DNA of 64,000 nt from Podarcis melisellensis. Its lineage: Eukaryota. Both the position numbers and the translations under genes were made by a program. A model generated the notes under the pieces. It was not told where the DNA came from. It was given only the letters and a program-made list of their open reading frames with translations, and did no database searches. Positions 11,051 to 23,065 of the stretch are shown in pieces; within the stretch, counting starts at the first letter, position 1, and each line of letters opens with the position of its first letter. The stretch lies in assembly GCA_964234715.1 (NCBI GenBank), contig OZ174290.1. One strand, given 5' to 3'.

Positions 11051-12955
11051 TTCTTAAAGATGCATAACAAATTAATCGGGGTTTACTGCAGTGCTAATGA
11101 GAGAGAGTGAGAGAGAGTGAGAGAGAGAAAGCCTGGGTGGTCTGTACATTAATATCAGTATCCACTGGAAAAAAATATGCTGCTCTTACTGACTCCTTTG
11201 GCTGACTGGACTATATTTTTTAAAAAAGAAAATCTCCATATCTTTTTCCTGTTTTTTGATTTTCCCTTCTTTTTGTTCCCCCACCCCCTGCTTTGTATGA
11301 GTTTGTTTTTTTTAATACCCACATGGAATGTAACTCACATCAGGGTTGGCTGCGGGTGAAGGCATTACAATTTCTCACAAACTTTTAGGGACAATTCTCT
11401 TGTTTTCACTGAGATGTGCTGTTTGACCCACCTTAAAAAGTCCGGAAGGAGATTTTGGCTGGCATTTATTGCTATACATCAGCTCTGAGACGCAACAGCA
11501 GCTATCCCTTGTTGGCGTTCAGAATGGTGGTTGCTACAGCTATTGGACAAATGAGGAGGGTGAATCTGATTAAAATTAATCTGGTTGGTGGAGGTCACTT
11601 TTGGTTTGGAATGGATCTTTCAGTAGCCATTATGCTGTGGCCTTCTCCACACCACCACAAAAGCCATAAACACTGGTTCAAGTAACTGACCAAGAGCTCT
11701 GCTTAGAGAACTCAGTTGTGCTCCCTCTTAAATGTGAAGCTGCCTTGCCAATCAACTCATGGACCTTGGTGTTCATTGTACGACTGACACCGAGTTGCTG
11801 CCGAAAGCAGAATCCCTGATGCCAGGTCATGTTGTGGTATCATCATGACACGTTTCCTGGTTAGCAGCAGCCCAGCCCTTCCCAGGCTTAATTGAGTGAA
11901 CTGCTGGCAGCCAATTTGGCAGACTAATCAGAGTTGTTGGGATGAGGCCTGGTTGGTCCTTGAGGTGGGTGGTCCATCTGTGCAAGGGGCTTACCACCTT
12001 CAGACATTAGGTTGGGGCTGCCGTGATAGAATCCTTTGCGCAGGGACATTCCCTGCACATAGAAACCTGGAGGTCTCAGTTCCAACCTAGCCTTCCTCCT
12101 GACATGCTAGCTCTCTGTGTGCAGAGACCGAAGTAGCATTCTGTTTTGTGAGCCACTGCCTGCAGTTCAGACAGCTGGGCCTCACTGTCAGTGCTCTGTA
12201 GCTTTGAGACTTCCATGGAAATTGGCTTTCCAGCTGTATGACAAGTCTGGGCACCCTCCTGTATTGATAATGCAACAAAGAAAACAGGCCCTTCTACTTA
12301 TTTCCTAAGTTTGTGAGAAATTGGCTGCATGCTTACAGTAGGACTGAGATGCATTTTAAATATATGTTTAATTCACTTGTTTAAAATGTCAAAGTCACTG
12401 CAATCGGAGTTGTGCTGTTCATTTAATAATGGTGCTTGATGTAATAACTGTTTAGTTTTCCTCTTTTTTATCCTTTTTGCAAGCTATGGCTTTTGAAACC
12501 TGTATGGCTTTTTTAATTATTATTTTGCGGGGGAGGGTTTTTTGCTATTATTTGCTTTGCATTTGTGATCTTGTCCTAGAATGCATGATTTTGCAGACAT
12601 TTAACTGTTGTATGATTTTTTTTTTCTTAATTCCTTTGGTTTCTTTTGTAAGTAGTTCATCTGTGCTTTTCTTTGCTTTTCTTTTTTGGTAAAAAAAAAT
12701 CCTTGTAGAAAAGGTAGAAAAAGTGATAATAAATTGTTACAATAGACAAGCTGTGTTTTTGCTCTCTTAGCTTGCACTTTCAATTCGGTTGTACCAAATA
12801 ACCAGTACCAATAACAATGTAATGAAAAAATACATAAGTTAGTAAAAAGCATGGCATCTCTTTTCAACATGCGTCAAAGTTTTGCTGCAGATTAAATGTT
12901 GCATTTTAGTTCAGTATATTTAAATGAAAGTATAAAAGCAATGGTTACTGGTGGG
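11051..12955 (+). promoter_or_regulatory. MSI2: Putative alternative 3'UTR of the short MSI2 isoform with poly(A) signals
   Basis: Follows the TAG at 11048-11050; no recognisable transposon; very U-rich at 12350-12930; AATAAA 12728-12733 and TATAAA 12931-12936 followed by a GU/U-rich tract. End position is inferred. Confidence 0.55.
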
Positions 12956-15900
12956 TTGTATCTTTTTGTTATGACAGCACAAAGAATGGGCCATGCTGAC
13001 CTCTGAGTATCCTAGCTGTCCATGTTAAACAAAAATAGGCTTCATGGGCACAAGAATATTTTAGATCAACAGCAGCTAACTTTTTCAGTCTGAAAATGGG
13101 CCACATTGACTCATAGTAAACCCATACTAAGAGACACACGTCAAAGTGGGGGTGGTCAAAAGTTTTTGTGTCATTTTGTTATTAAGGTCAGTTGGTTGGG
13201 GGGCAGTGTCACAAAACCTTTTGGCATCACAGCAGGGGACTGGAAGTATAAAGTAGTTTTTATTTTATTTTTAAAAGATAATGGTAACATTTCAACGAAC
13301 AAATTGGTGGTCTGGGTCCTTGGAGAGCCACAATGAAGCTTTTGCATCACAGAATCACAGCAGGGGATCTATGGAGCAGTTAGTGAAAAAGGACTATCTG
13401 GGGAAAGGAGGTCTAAGGGGCACCAAAGAACCTCTTTTGGGCTGGATACGTCCTGCAGGCCATGGGTTAACCACCCCTGTTTTAGAGACTGGGATGACAA
13501 AAAGCCCACTGAATTCATAAACAATGAAATATTCAGAAGGAAGCTCAGATCAATCGTGGACAAGCTCTTGGTTTCCAGATATGTTCTGGAAGGTATTTGA
13601 AAAGTGTTTTTTGATGAGTTGTTGGGGTTGTTTGTTTTTTAACACATGGGAGTGAGTAGCACTCTACTGTAAAATAAATGCAATTTATCCATCCACTGCA
13701 GTTTGCCACCTGTCTCTCTAAAAAAGAATGACACGCAAATCACATTAACGCAAATCACATGCAAGAATAAGAATACAACATTGCTGAGGCCTTCCTTCAC
13801 GTCATGCCTAATTTCGCAGGGCTCTGACCATAAAATTATTTAGGCGCTAGTTTTTCTCAGCTCATGAAATCTGCCCTGGTTTGGCCAAGCTAGACCTGTC
13901 TGCAGTGTTGGGGTGTCCATGCATGAATGTGCGCGCACATAAAATGAGTAAATGAAGAGGGTGATCAAGTGGAGTTTTTACATCCTGACTTAGCTGTGTT
14001 CAACCCTGGGTAGGACCCCAAAAACTTATTTAATTCTGAAAGTTTCAGGTTTCATCAAAATTTGTGAAATGTGTCAGACTGCAGTTCTGATGAGACTTTC
14101 ATCTATTACTTACTTACCGGTACTTACTTACTGAATCATTATGGTCCATGACAGAGAGCATTCTTTGTTGTATTGGTGTACAGCTCAAACCCCACAATTG
14201 AATGACACCCCACCTTAGCTGGGTCACATCAGTGGCACCACCGTCATTTTATTCCGCAAATAAAAAAATTGAAAAGGGAATTTTAAGTCTATACCAGGGT
14301 GGTGGAAAGTATTTTTAACTCAACCAGTTAGTTTGACTTGTTTTAGAAACACGGCTTTAATCTGAGTTTAAATGCACTTTGCAAAAATGGAAAGGATCAA
14401 CTGGATTTGTGCATACAGTCTGCCACTGCTTTCAGTTTGTGTCACGTTCCCCCACCATGCAGACAGGTATATGGCCAAACAGGTAAAATGTGTGTATTTT
14501 CACTGGGTTTCCCTGGATTCCATGCAAGCAAAATGAAATGGCAGCACAAACGGACTGAAAAACGCATCCATCGCACAGATGAAGAATAATTAAAATTCAC
14601 AAGACAAAAACCACCTTGAACACGCATTTCTTTTAAAGGTCATAGCTTGGGCAAAACAGTGACCTTGCTTCTGTTTTTATGTTGAACTTTGGGAAAGCAG
14701 GAGACTTTCCAGATAATGAAAAAAAGTAATACATTTTAGTGCTTTAATAACATTGGTGATGACTGTGGCCCAAATTTCCATCCCCTTGGAATGCTTTTTG
14801 GAGTGGGGGGGAGGGGGAGTAGATATTCTTGTTTTTGTTTTAAAGAGCCACACCTATGCTCCAGCACTTGGGCATGGGAGAGTTTGGCCTTTACATTTTG
14901 CTTTAAAAAAAGATCACAGGTGGAATAAAAAAAATTGTAAGTTAACAATGTAACAAGGGAATGAAAAAGGAAAACAATTCAACTTGTCATTGATAATTGT
15001 ATTAAGATCAGTCTTCAGATGCATCCTTAGTCCTTTTTTTCTAAGCTAAAGTCCTCAAATGCTTTAGCCCACTCTTCCCCAACCTAGCACTCTCCAGATG
15101 TTACAGGCCTACAAGACCCATCATGGCTGAACATGATAGGGGCTGATGGAAACTGTAGTCCAAGAACATCTGGATTGTACCCACTTGATTGTTTTGGTTG
15201 GCCTTTGCCAGCTGTGGTATATCCCTTTGAGATGGGGCAACCAGGACTACATGCAGTATTTATTTTTACTTTGAATGGTAGATAAAATGTTATTGCATAG
15301 GTATCTGCTGGACAGTGTTTCTGACCTTTCTGGTATAAGCATCACATTCTCCTTGTCTTATTAATACTAGAACAGGAGGTCATCAAATGGAACTAACTGG
15401 CAGTAGGGTCAGGACAGACACAAGGGAGACTTTCTTCACACAGGGCATCATTCCCTTAGGGAATTCACTGATGCAAGACAGGACATCGCCCACTAGCTTA
15501 GATAGTTTTAAAAGAGAAATTTGACCAGTATATGAATTAGTAGTCTATATGTGTCTACTCAGATTCAGAGCTTCATGGCTCCTTCATGTTTAATGGCACA
15601 AAAAGGGAAATGTTTAGTGGCACAGACAGCATGTTAGTGGGCTTCCCAGAAGCATCTGGGTTTGGTGATCTGATCCAGCAGGGCTCTTCGTTTGCTTTTA
15701 AATCTCCCAGCTATACGTTTTCCCAGGGACAGAATTCTGCATCTGGACCATTGGGGTGATGTGCTTTCCACACAGCAGAAGCTCTCCCTTAGGAAAAGAT
15801 GTCTGAGTCCTACACACCCGGGACAAAGGTCTCCTGCACAAGCATCACTGAAATTTGTGGCAGTAGCACAAAGAGCACAACCATCCATGTTGATTTCAGT

Positions 15901-16439
15901 TGGGCTGGCTTGCAAAGGGCAACTTCCCTGGGGATTCTGACCTTATTGTGATCTGCAGCCTTTCCTCTGGCTAGCAAACAATGGCAGTCTGCTTTGGTTC
16001 TGCAGCACTTGATCTGTTCCTCCCCCCCCTTCCCCCCAGCTCATGCTTAGCTCTTCAAATTGTGACCTAATCCTTCCAGCTCCATACCCACTTTGTTTAC
16101 CCAAAAGGTGCCGGCAACATCTGCATGGCATAAAACATCCCCCCCTTCCAAAGTGCATATTAAATCAGCCAGAGTGAGTTTAATTATCATTCGCCAGGCC
16201 CTTCCATTTTAATTTTCATCAGTGTGAAATGATATGGCACAGCCTGGATGCCCTCCATAAACATGCACACACACACACACACACACACACTTCTACCCGC
16301 CTCCTGTTCTTTAATCAGTTCTAAAACTTTTGTTTCTCTTTGGCACAAATTTGTGAAAACAGAACATGGTGGGCATTCAAGATGTTGTTTGCAAACCATG
16401 ATGGCAGGAGGAGGGAGGGACCAGCTGCTGCCATTTCTC

Positions 16440-17570
16440 TTTATTTAAATTTGTAAGCCTTCCCTTCATTGTACCAGGACAGGTTACAGCAGAACATCAA
16501 ACAGTATAAACTTAAAACAGCCACTCAAGCCATCCTTAGTACAGCATACAATACTAGTGTAGCAGGTGAGCACACAAATAGCAGCTGGCCACATTGCCTA
16601 ACCTCCTCCAAAAGCCTGGATAAAAAAAAGATTCCTCTTTAACAGGCACCGAAACTCAAGTAGGCTCAATACCAGAATCCTCTCTAAATGGTATTTCTTG
16701 TGCCAACATGCCATGCACTTCCCCTTATGGTGGAACCACGAGAAGAACCTCTCAATCTGATCTCGGTGCATGAGCAGGTTGACAGAAAGGTGATCCTTCA
16801 GGAATTTGGGTTTTAAGGTAAAAGGCTTTATTATATGGCAAGGTTAACCTGTTGAATTAGTTTAGAGAAGAAAAGACTGAGAGGGGATATGATAGCCGCC
16901 TTTAGATCTTTTAAGGGTTGTCATGTGAACGATGGAGCAAGCTACTCCAGAGGGTAGGACCTGATGCAATGGGTTCAAATTACAACAAAGGAGATTCTGG
17001 CTAAACACTAGGAAGAACTTTCTGATGTTAAGACCTGTTCAGCAGTAGAATGGACTACCTACGAAGGACTCAGCTTCCTTGGAGGTTTTTAAGCAGAGAA
17101 TGGATGGCTATCTGTCAGGAATTCTTTAGCTGTGATTGCAGGGGTTTGGACGACCCTTGGGGTTCCTTCCAAGTCTCTGAATTGGGATCAGAAGCATATA
17201 GACAAGTAGTGCAGGTTCTTCAGGACTTACATTCTATGGTCCTGCCTATTGGTAGTAGTCAGCAGTCTTACAGCTGCTTTCTGGACTAGTTAGCAGCTTC
17301 TGGACAATCTTGAAGGGTAGCCTTACATAGAGCACATTACAGTCCTCCAGTCAGGAGGCTAGTAGAGTGGGGATTACCATCCAGGAACAGCCAAAGCTAA
17401 TAGTAGGCACTCCTTGCACAAAGGTCACTCAGGCTTCCAGTTAAAAGAGTTGGCTCCAGGAGCACCTCTAGACTACAAATCTGTTCTTTCAAGGCAGGTA
17501 CAACTCTATCCAGAACATACAATCTATTTAATTCCTGGACCGGAGAACTACCAATCCACATCTGTTATGC
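16440..17570 (-). mobile_element. Decayed L2 LINE fragment interrupted by a CR1 insertion
   Basis: L2-type 3' end at 16440 and L2 ORF2-like sequence (cagctgctttctggac...agcacattacagt..tccag) resuming after 17182. Confidence 0.65.
16859..17182 (+). mobile_element. CR1 LINE 3' fragment nested in L2
   Basis: gagaagaaaagactgagaggggatatgata...aggaagaactttctga...ggaggtttttaagcagag...ccttccaa; tgaatt on both sides as a possible TSD. Confidence 0.85.
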
Positions 17571-17623
17571 AGGATAGATTAGGCTAGTCTTCATCTTCCT
17601 GTCTCCATGCAGTGTGGGCATTA

Positions 17624-17737
17624 TAGGAATTCAGGAAGCTATCTTCTAGCAAGTCAGATCATTGGTCCATCCAGCTCAGTATTGCCTACACTGACCGGCA
17701 GCAGCTCAGGTTTCAGATAGAAGATCTTCCCCAGCCC
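17624..17737 (-). mobile_element. Squamate tRNA-SINE 3' fragment
   Basis: Reverse complement of the ctgccagtcagtgtag...gatggaccaatg.tctgact family. Confidence 0.7.
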
Positions 17738-20233
17738 TTTTTCAGTCCATAGGCAGCATCCTCCACAAGCATAGCATTGGGAAAAGTCTGTCTCTCCTGA
17801 GCCTTGTAACGATAAGGCTTCCCCACTCAGCTGGTCATTCATGAATAAAAATTAAAACACTTAAAAATACACACATTTGAATGTTTCCCACTCCCTCCTT
17901 CACCCTGCCGTGACAAGGGGAGGATTTTATGTTGTCACATGACTGGTTTCAGGCTGTCCTGAAATGCCCTGGATTAGCCCAGTCACATTTGCTGGTATTT
18001 TGACTTAGAGTATTGTATACCAGGTTGAACAGATGTTTAACCAGTTACTTCCAAGGCGTGACAGCAACATTATTAAATGCTGAGCTGTTGAAATGGTTGG
18101 GAAGAAGTTTGGTTGCCCTACTAAAATCTCACGGGTAGTCATCTCACTGGGAAGAGGGGGAAGTTGGGACCTCTCACCCACTCAGGGATGTTCCAGGTCC
18201 CCTTTCAGAGTTTTTAGCTTTAAGTTTAAAAGCAAAAAAAAAAAAAACACAACCAAAACTTCCAGGACTTGATCCCCTCCCTTAGCATCTTCAGTGCCGA
18301 TTGCTCCCTTAAGGCCACTGTAATTGTCTCTGCTGCTCCCATTGTTCAGCTGGACTCATCAGTAACAGTCCTGAGGTACCAGTGACAGATTCAACAGCAG
18401 ACGGTAAGGGTCTCTCTCACATACTAGCCTGGTGGGCAGATGGGAGCACAGCTGGCGCACATGAGCCCAATGAAGGGCAGGTACATGAAGCAGACTTAAA
18501 TGGCCCTAAGCTGGGGGGGGGACTATGGGTGGAAGAGGAAAGGTTGGGCTGAGAAACCCAAGACTCACCACTAGGTTCTTTCCCAAGGGAGGAGCCCCTC
18601 ACTCCCACTAACCCAGCCACCAGGGGTTCTTGACTTTAAGCCTCGTGGTGCCAAGGCTGAGGAGAGACTGCAGCTACCCAAAAGCCTCATAGTGTGAGAC
18701 TTGAAGTAACCCCCTCAGGAGCTCCAGTTTCCAGGTAAAGATTCCTGAGGAGTTAACAGCCATGTCTGTTAACATGGCTGTTAACTGTTGAATGTCTGTT
18801 TCTGCAGAGACGGACATTCAAACGGTCTCACGGTCACCACAAGGGGGGAACAAAAACCCACCAATAGGGCAGCCTGCCTGGACCCTGAGGAGCCCCGCTG
18901 CGGTTCTGTCATGTGGAAGGTTGCTGAACCAAGCCACAAAGTGGGAGGGATTTGGTGTGAAGACAGGGAAGCTGGAGCTGCAGGTGCCATGGACTTTTTA
19001 GGCAGGGGCAGCTATGTTGGTGCTTCAGTGAAGCTGCCAGTTTAATTTTTCTGTGCCCTTGAAGACTGGGGTGGGAAGGAACATCACAAATATTCAGGTA
19101 AATGGAAATGCAGCTGGTGGGGCTAAAGGGGCAGGATTCAGCGTCATCCACTGAGTGGGCGCTCCATCTAGTCAGGATTTGGTTAAAGAGTGCTTTACTT
19201 GTAGCAGTAGAGAAACTAATGAGTGATTTCAAATGAGATTTGCACAACCCTGAGCAATTTTGAAAATCCTCCTCCTTATTGGTTCTGATTAGTTTTCTGT
19301 GCTGTTCTTCAACTACCCATGTAAGTGCTTGTTAAGTTTTCCCTAAATGCCCAGGATTGGTGGTAATAAGAGGTTTTACAAGCATTTTCTGCTTAAGCCT
19401 TTTATAGCTGCCTGGCAGCTTGATAGGAAATTTCCCGTAGCTGTAAATGCAACATCATTAAAAGCTCATAATATAAAGGGTTATCATGGAATAAAAGGTG
19501 GTAGTAAATCTCTGCACTAAATCAAACTGTTGTGTGGCAGGCTTTGATCTTAGACGCCTGGCTGTTCTGGGCCCTAAATCAGCCTAGTTAGCATCAAGCA
19601 TTTGTTGCTGGTTGTGTGTCATAGGCTGGCTCTTACAGTTCTCTTTGGCCAGAACTGTATGTCTATGACCACAAAATGTGGAACATGAATTCATTGTGGC
19701 CGGTTTCCCCTCTTGCCCCACTTCTCATTGACAGTCTCAGTGATTGGGAAGAGAGATGGGGAGATGTGGGCCTTCTCTCCTTTGCAGCAGCTTCACATCA
19801 TCTCTCTATCCACTCAGGGTCTGATCCTGAGGGTCTTCTGCAGATCAAATCAGGAAATGTCCTACAAGCGACATCTAGAAATTTGCACTGTCACCAGATT
19901 TAGTATTACCTGGCTTGGAACTTCAGTATTAGGAGGCCAGCAATCTGAGTCCTGAAAGTTCATCTTCAGTTTGGTTAAAAATCTGTGCCAGGGAAGAATT
20001 TCAAGTTCTTCTTTCCTAACCCATTCACCCACTTTTCTTCCTCGATGCTCCAGGTGTGATGGAATGAAGGGAGGGATTTCCTTCTAGCAAGTGGGATGTT
20101 GCCAATGGCTGCATGCCAGGCACTGGGAAATCTTGTCCCTTTCCCCGTAAGCCCTTGCTGCCTCCTTCGTACCCCCTTTCATAATGTTGCCCAGACAAGG
20201 AAGGGCTGCAGCTATCATCCCAAAAGTGTAGAG

Positions 20234-20369
20234 AAGGCTTCCTCAAACTCGCCCCTCCAGGTGTTTTTGGCCTACAACTCCCATGATCTCTAGCTAGCAG
20301 GACCAGTTGTCAGGGATGATGGGAATTGTAGTCTCAAAACATCTGGAGGGGCGAGCTTGAGGAAGCCTG
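20234..20369. mobile_element. 136-bp palindromic hAT-Charlie-type MITE
   Basis: TIRs aggcttcctcaa / ttgaggaagcct; perfect 8-bp TSD gtgtagag at 20226-20233 and 20370-20377. Confidence 0.92.
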
Positions 20370-22329
20370 GTGTAGAGGCTATTAGCAGGTGTGTGGCTCC
20401 TTTGAATCTGAAGCAGACTCAGAATTTTAAAGGGATGCATTTATATACATTTTTGGAATTTATTTCTAAATTTCTGTTTTTTAATCTGGCCCACTCCAAA
20501 CGGGGCCAGGAAGTCCACCCCTCATTTCTTCTCACAGTTCCCTTAGAGGAACCCAGAGGTGCAGCTGCTGGGAGACTTTCCATGAACTATGATTCACAGA
20601 AGCCAAGCAGCACAAATGGAAGCACAGGTGCATGGCGAGTGGAAAGAGGGTTGTCCCGCTGGAGGACTGGGGTCAAATGAATCGCATGCCCAGCCTGTTT
20701 TGCTTCCAAGGCATCTTGGTACCTCCGAGTGTTTGCTGTTGCCTGGTGAGCATTGCAAGTTGGGCAAAATCTATCAGCAAAGTGGCAGTGACCCTTTGCT
20801 AATTGGCAACCTCTTATGGGGAACCATGAAAAGCTGGTCAGGGAAATGGCCCAAAATGTGTGGTGGTGGTGGTTTTAGGCTGCAAATATCTGACATAGGC
20901 AACTGCGAGCCAGTGGGCTAGTAATGTTAATGGCAGCAGCAGATAACTTTTTTATCCAGCTGTTCACCACAAAACAATGTTAAATAATATTTAGGCTACC
21001 TGTACTATTTATGCTCGGGCTGTTGTGCATTGATTTCCCCACCCGTTAGGAATTTTCACGTTTTTGGCTACAGTTCTTCATAGTCTGAACCTCCACATGC
21101 TTCCCAATTGTTTACTCCTTCAAATCTGGAAAACCTGGGCAACTGCTTTTCAGTCCCCATGGGCCATCTACTAGTGAGAGGGTGAGAGGGTAAGAGAAAA
21201 GGATGTGGAGGCTGGGAAGAAAACCCCCCAACCCAACCAGACCCCAGGGGATTCTTGCTTGCACGCTCCCTTCTTTTGAGGCCTCTGTTCTTGTCAGCCC
21301 CTGTGCCTGGAATACCAGAGTAGGCTCTCTAATGATGACCTCATTATGCGTGCCACTACTGAGCCCAAAATGCACTAATTTCCTGACCCGGTGAAATATA
21401 TTTTAATAAGCTTGATCTAGAGCAGCGTTTAAAGACAAAGGGAAACACTTAACGTGGCTGTCAAAATAAAGCACTCTTGGGCAGATGTTAAAAATGTTAA
21501 TAGGATTAATCCATCAGAAGCACCCAGGAGAGCCTGCCCTGTTTGTATACCTCTATTTGCCATTTTAAAGCACAGGGTTAAACTATTTCTTTGGAGAGAG
21601 AAAGAGAGGGGGAAATGGATTAAATTTTGAGGTCGTGCAATTTTTCTTAAATTAGTTTATAGCTTGCTGTGCTGCCCAGTAATGCCTATATTTGATTCTA
21701 TGGATTTTTAGTGCTTACCGTGGGATCTTCAATCAAACCCAGTTACCCAGGCAAGTTCATTACACTTAAAAGTTTTTTAAACCACCTCTTCCTCCCCCAC
21801 CCCCGAACTTTTTAGTAGAATTCTGTCTCTCTTGATACAACGATGGACATCTCTGTTGTGCTTTTAATAATCTCTGTAAAACATTCCTGGCTTTGTGTAC
21901 TTTTGTTTCAATGGGAAATGGAACAAATACTCACCAGGGCACTAGGAAGATTTGCGCTGACAGCATCCTTTTTTGGGTTGTGACCAAAGTGAGATTTGCC
22001 ATGGGCTGCATCTGTGACATACAGCTGCAGAACGCAACAAGAAGTTCCATCGTGTCACTCATGGTATTTAACATTTCATGAAATGGCTGGATGAGATCAT
22101 CCAGACGTGCAATGTCTGGAGTGCGGCGTCATCTGTAGATCAGTCATACCCAATTCTAACTCTCCCTTTCATCTGACCCTGGGAAGACAGTGTGAATTCT
22201 AAATAGGGGCCTTAAGTCAGCCGTGAATTAGATGAGTGTGAGCAAAATTTGAAAAGACACATGTATTGTTAGCTGGGCCGATGCTGGAGATATGCACCTT
22301 TATTGTACAGGGTTGTACTTCCCCTAAAG

Positions 22330-22535
22330 CAGAGCTTCCAAACTTTTCATGTTGGTGATATGCTTTTTTAGATATGCATCATTTTGCAACATAGTAATTC
22401 AGTTTTACTAGCAAACTGGAGGTTAACCTAAGCCCTTTCCAGCCCTGGGAGGAGCATGGGGAGCGTTCGCACAACAGGCCTATACAAAACAACTGGCACA
22501 CTAATGTGTCACGACGCACAGTTTGGAAAGCTCTG
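22330..22535. mobile_element. Non-autonomous hAT element
   Basis: TIRs cagagcttccaaact / agtttggaaagctctg; perfect TSD ccctaaag at 22322-22329 and 22536-22543. Confidence 0.92.
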
Positions 22536-22600
22536 CCCTAAAGGCTGGTTTCCAGCTTATGTGTGATTTGGGTTTGGCAATGCTCTTTGACAAATGATCA

Positions 22601-22765
22601 TAAGCTCACAGGTAGGAATATCTGCTTTGTGTGTAAAAGGTCCCAGGTTCAAACCCCGGCATCTCCAGGGAAGACTGGGAGAAACCCCGCTCTAGTCCTG
22701 GAGAGCTGCTGCCAGTCAGTGTCAAAAATAGTGACTTGGATGGACGCAATGGTCTGACTCAGTGT
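22601..22765 (+). mobile_element. Squamate tRNA-derived SINE
   Basis: B-box ggttcaaacccc followed by ctggagagctgctgccagtcagtgt...gatggac.caatggtctgactcagt. Confidence 0.8.
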
Positions 22766-22789
22766 CAGATGCCCCAGTAGTGACTTTGA

Positions 22790-23065
22790 CCAATATTGAA
22801 CTCTTTCCCAGAGAGGATTGACCTAGAGCCATGGTAATTCATGCTTTGGTGACATCCAGATTGGAGTTGCAGCATGCTCAGTGTGGGGCTGCCCTTGAAG
22901 ACTTATCAAATCTCTAAACTAGTTCAGTATTTAGCTCCCCATGCTGACTGGGGAAGGCCCCCAGAGATTGCATTATGCCAGTTTTGAAACAAGTTCATTA
23001 ACTTCTAGTTGGCTTCTTGGCTCAGTGGAAGGTGCTGGCTTTGAACTTTAAAACCCTAAACCTGG
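22790..23065 (+). mobile_element. L2 LINE ORF2 fragment
   Basis: attcatgctttggtgacatccagattgga...ggggctgcccttgaagac... corresponds to the L2 IHALVTSRLD..GLPLK motif. Confidence 0.7.
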
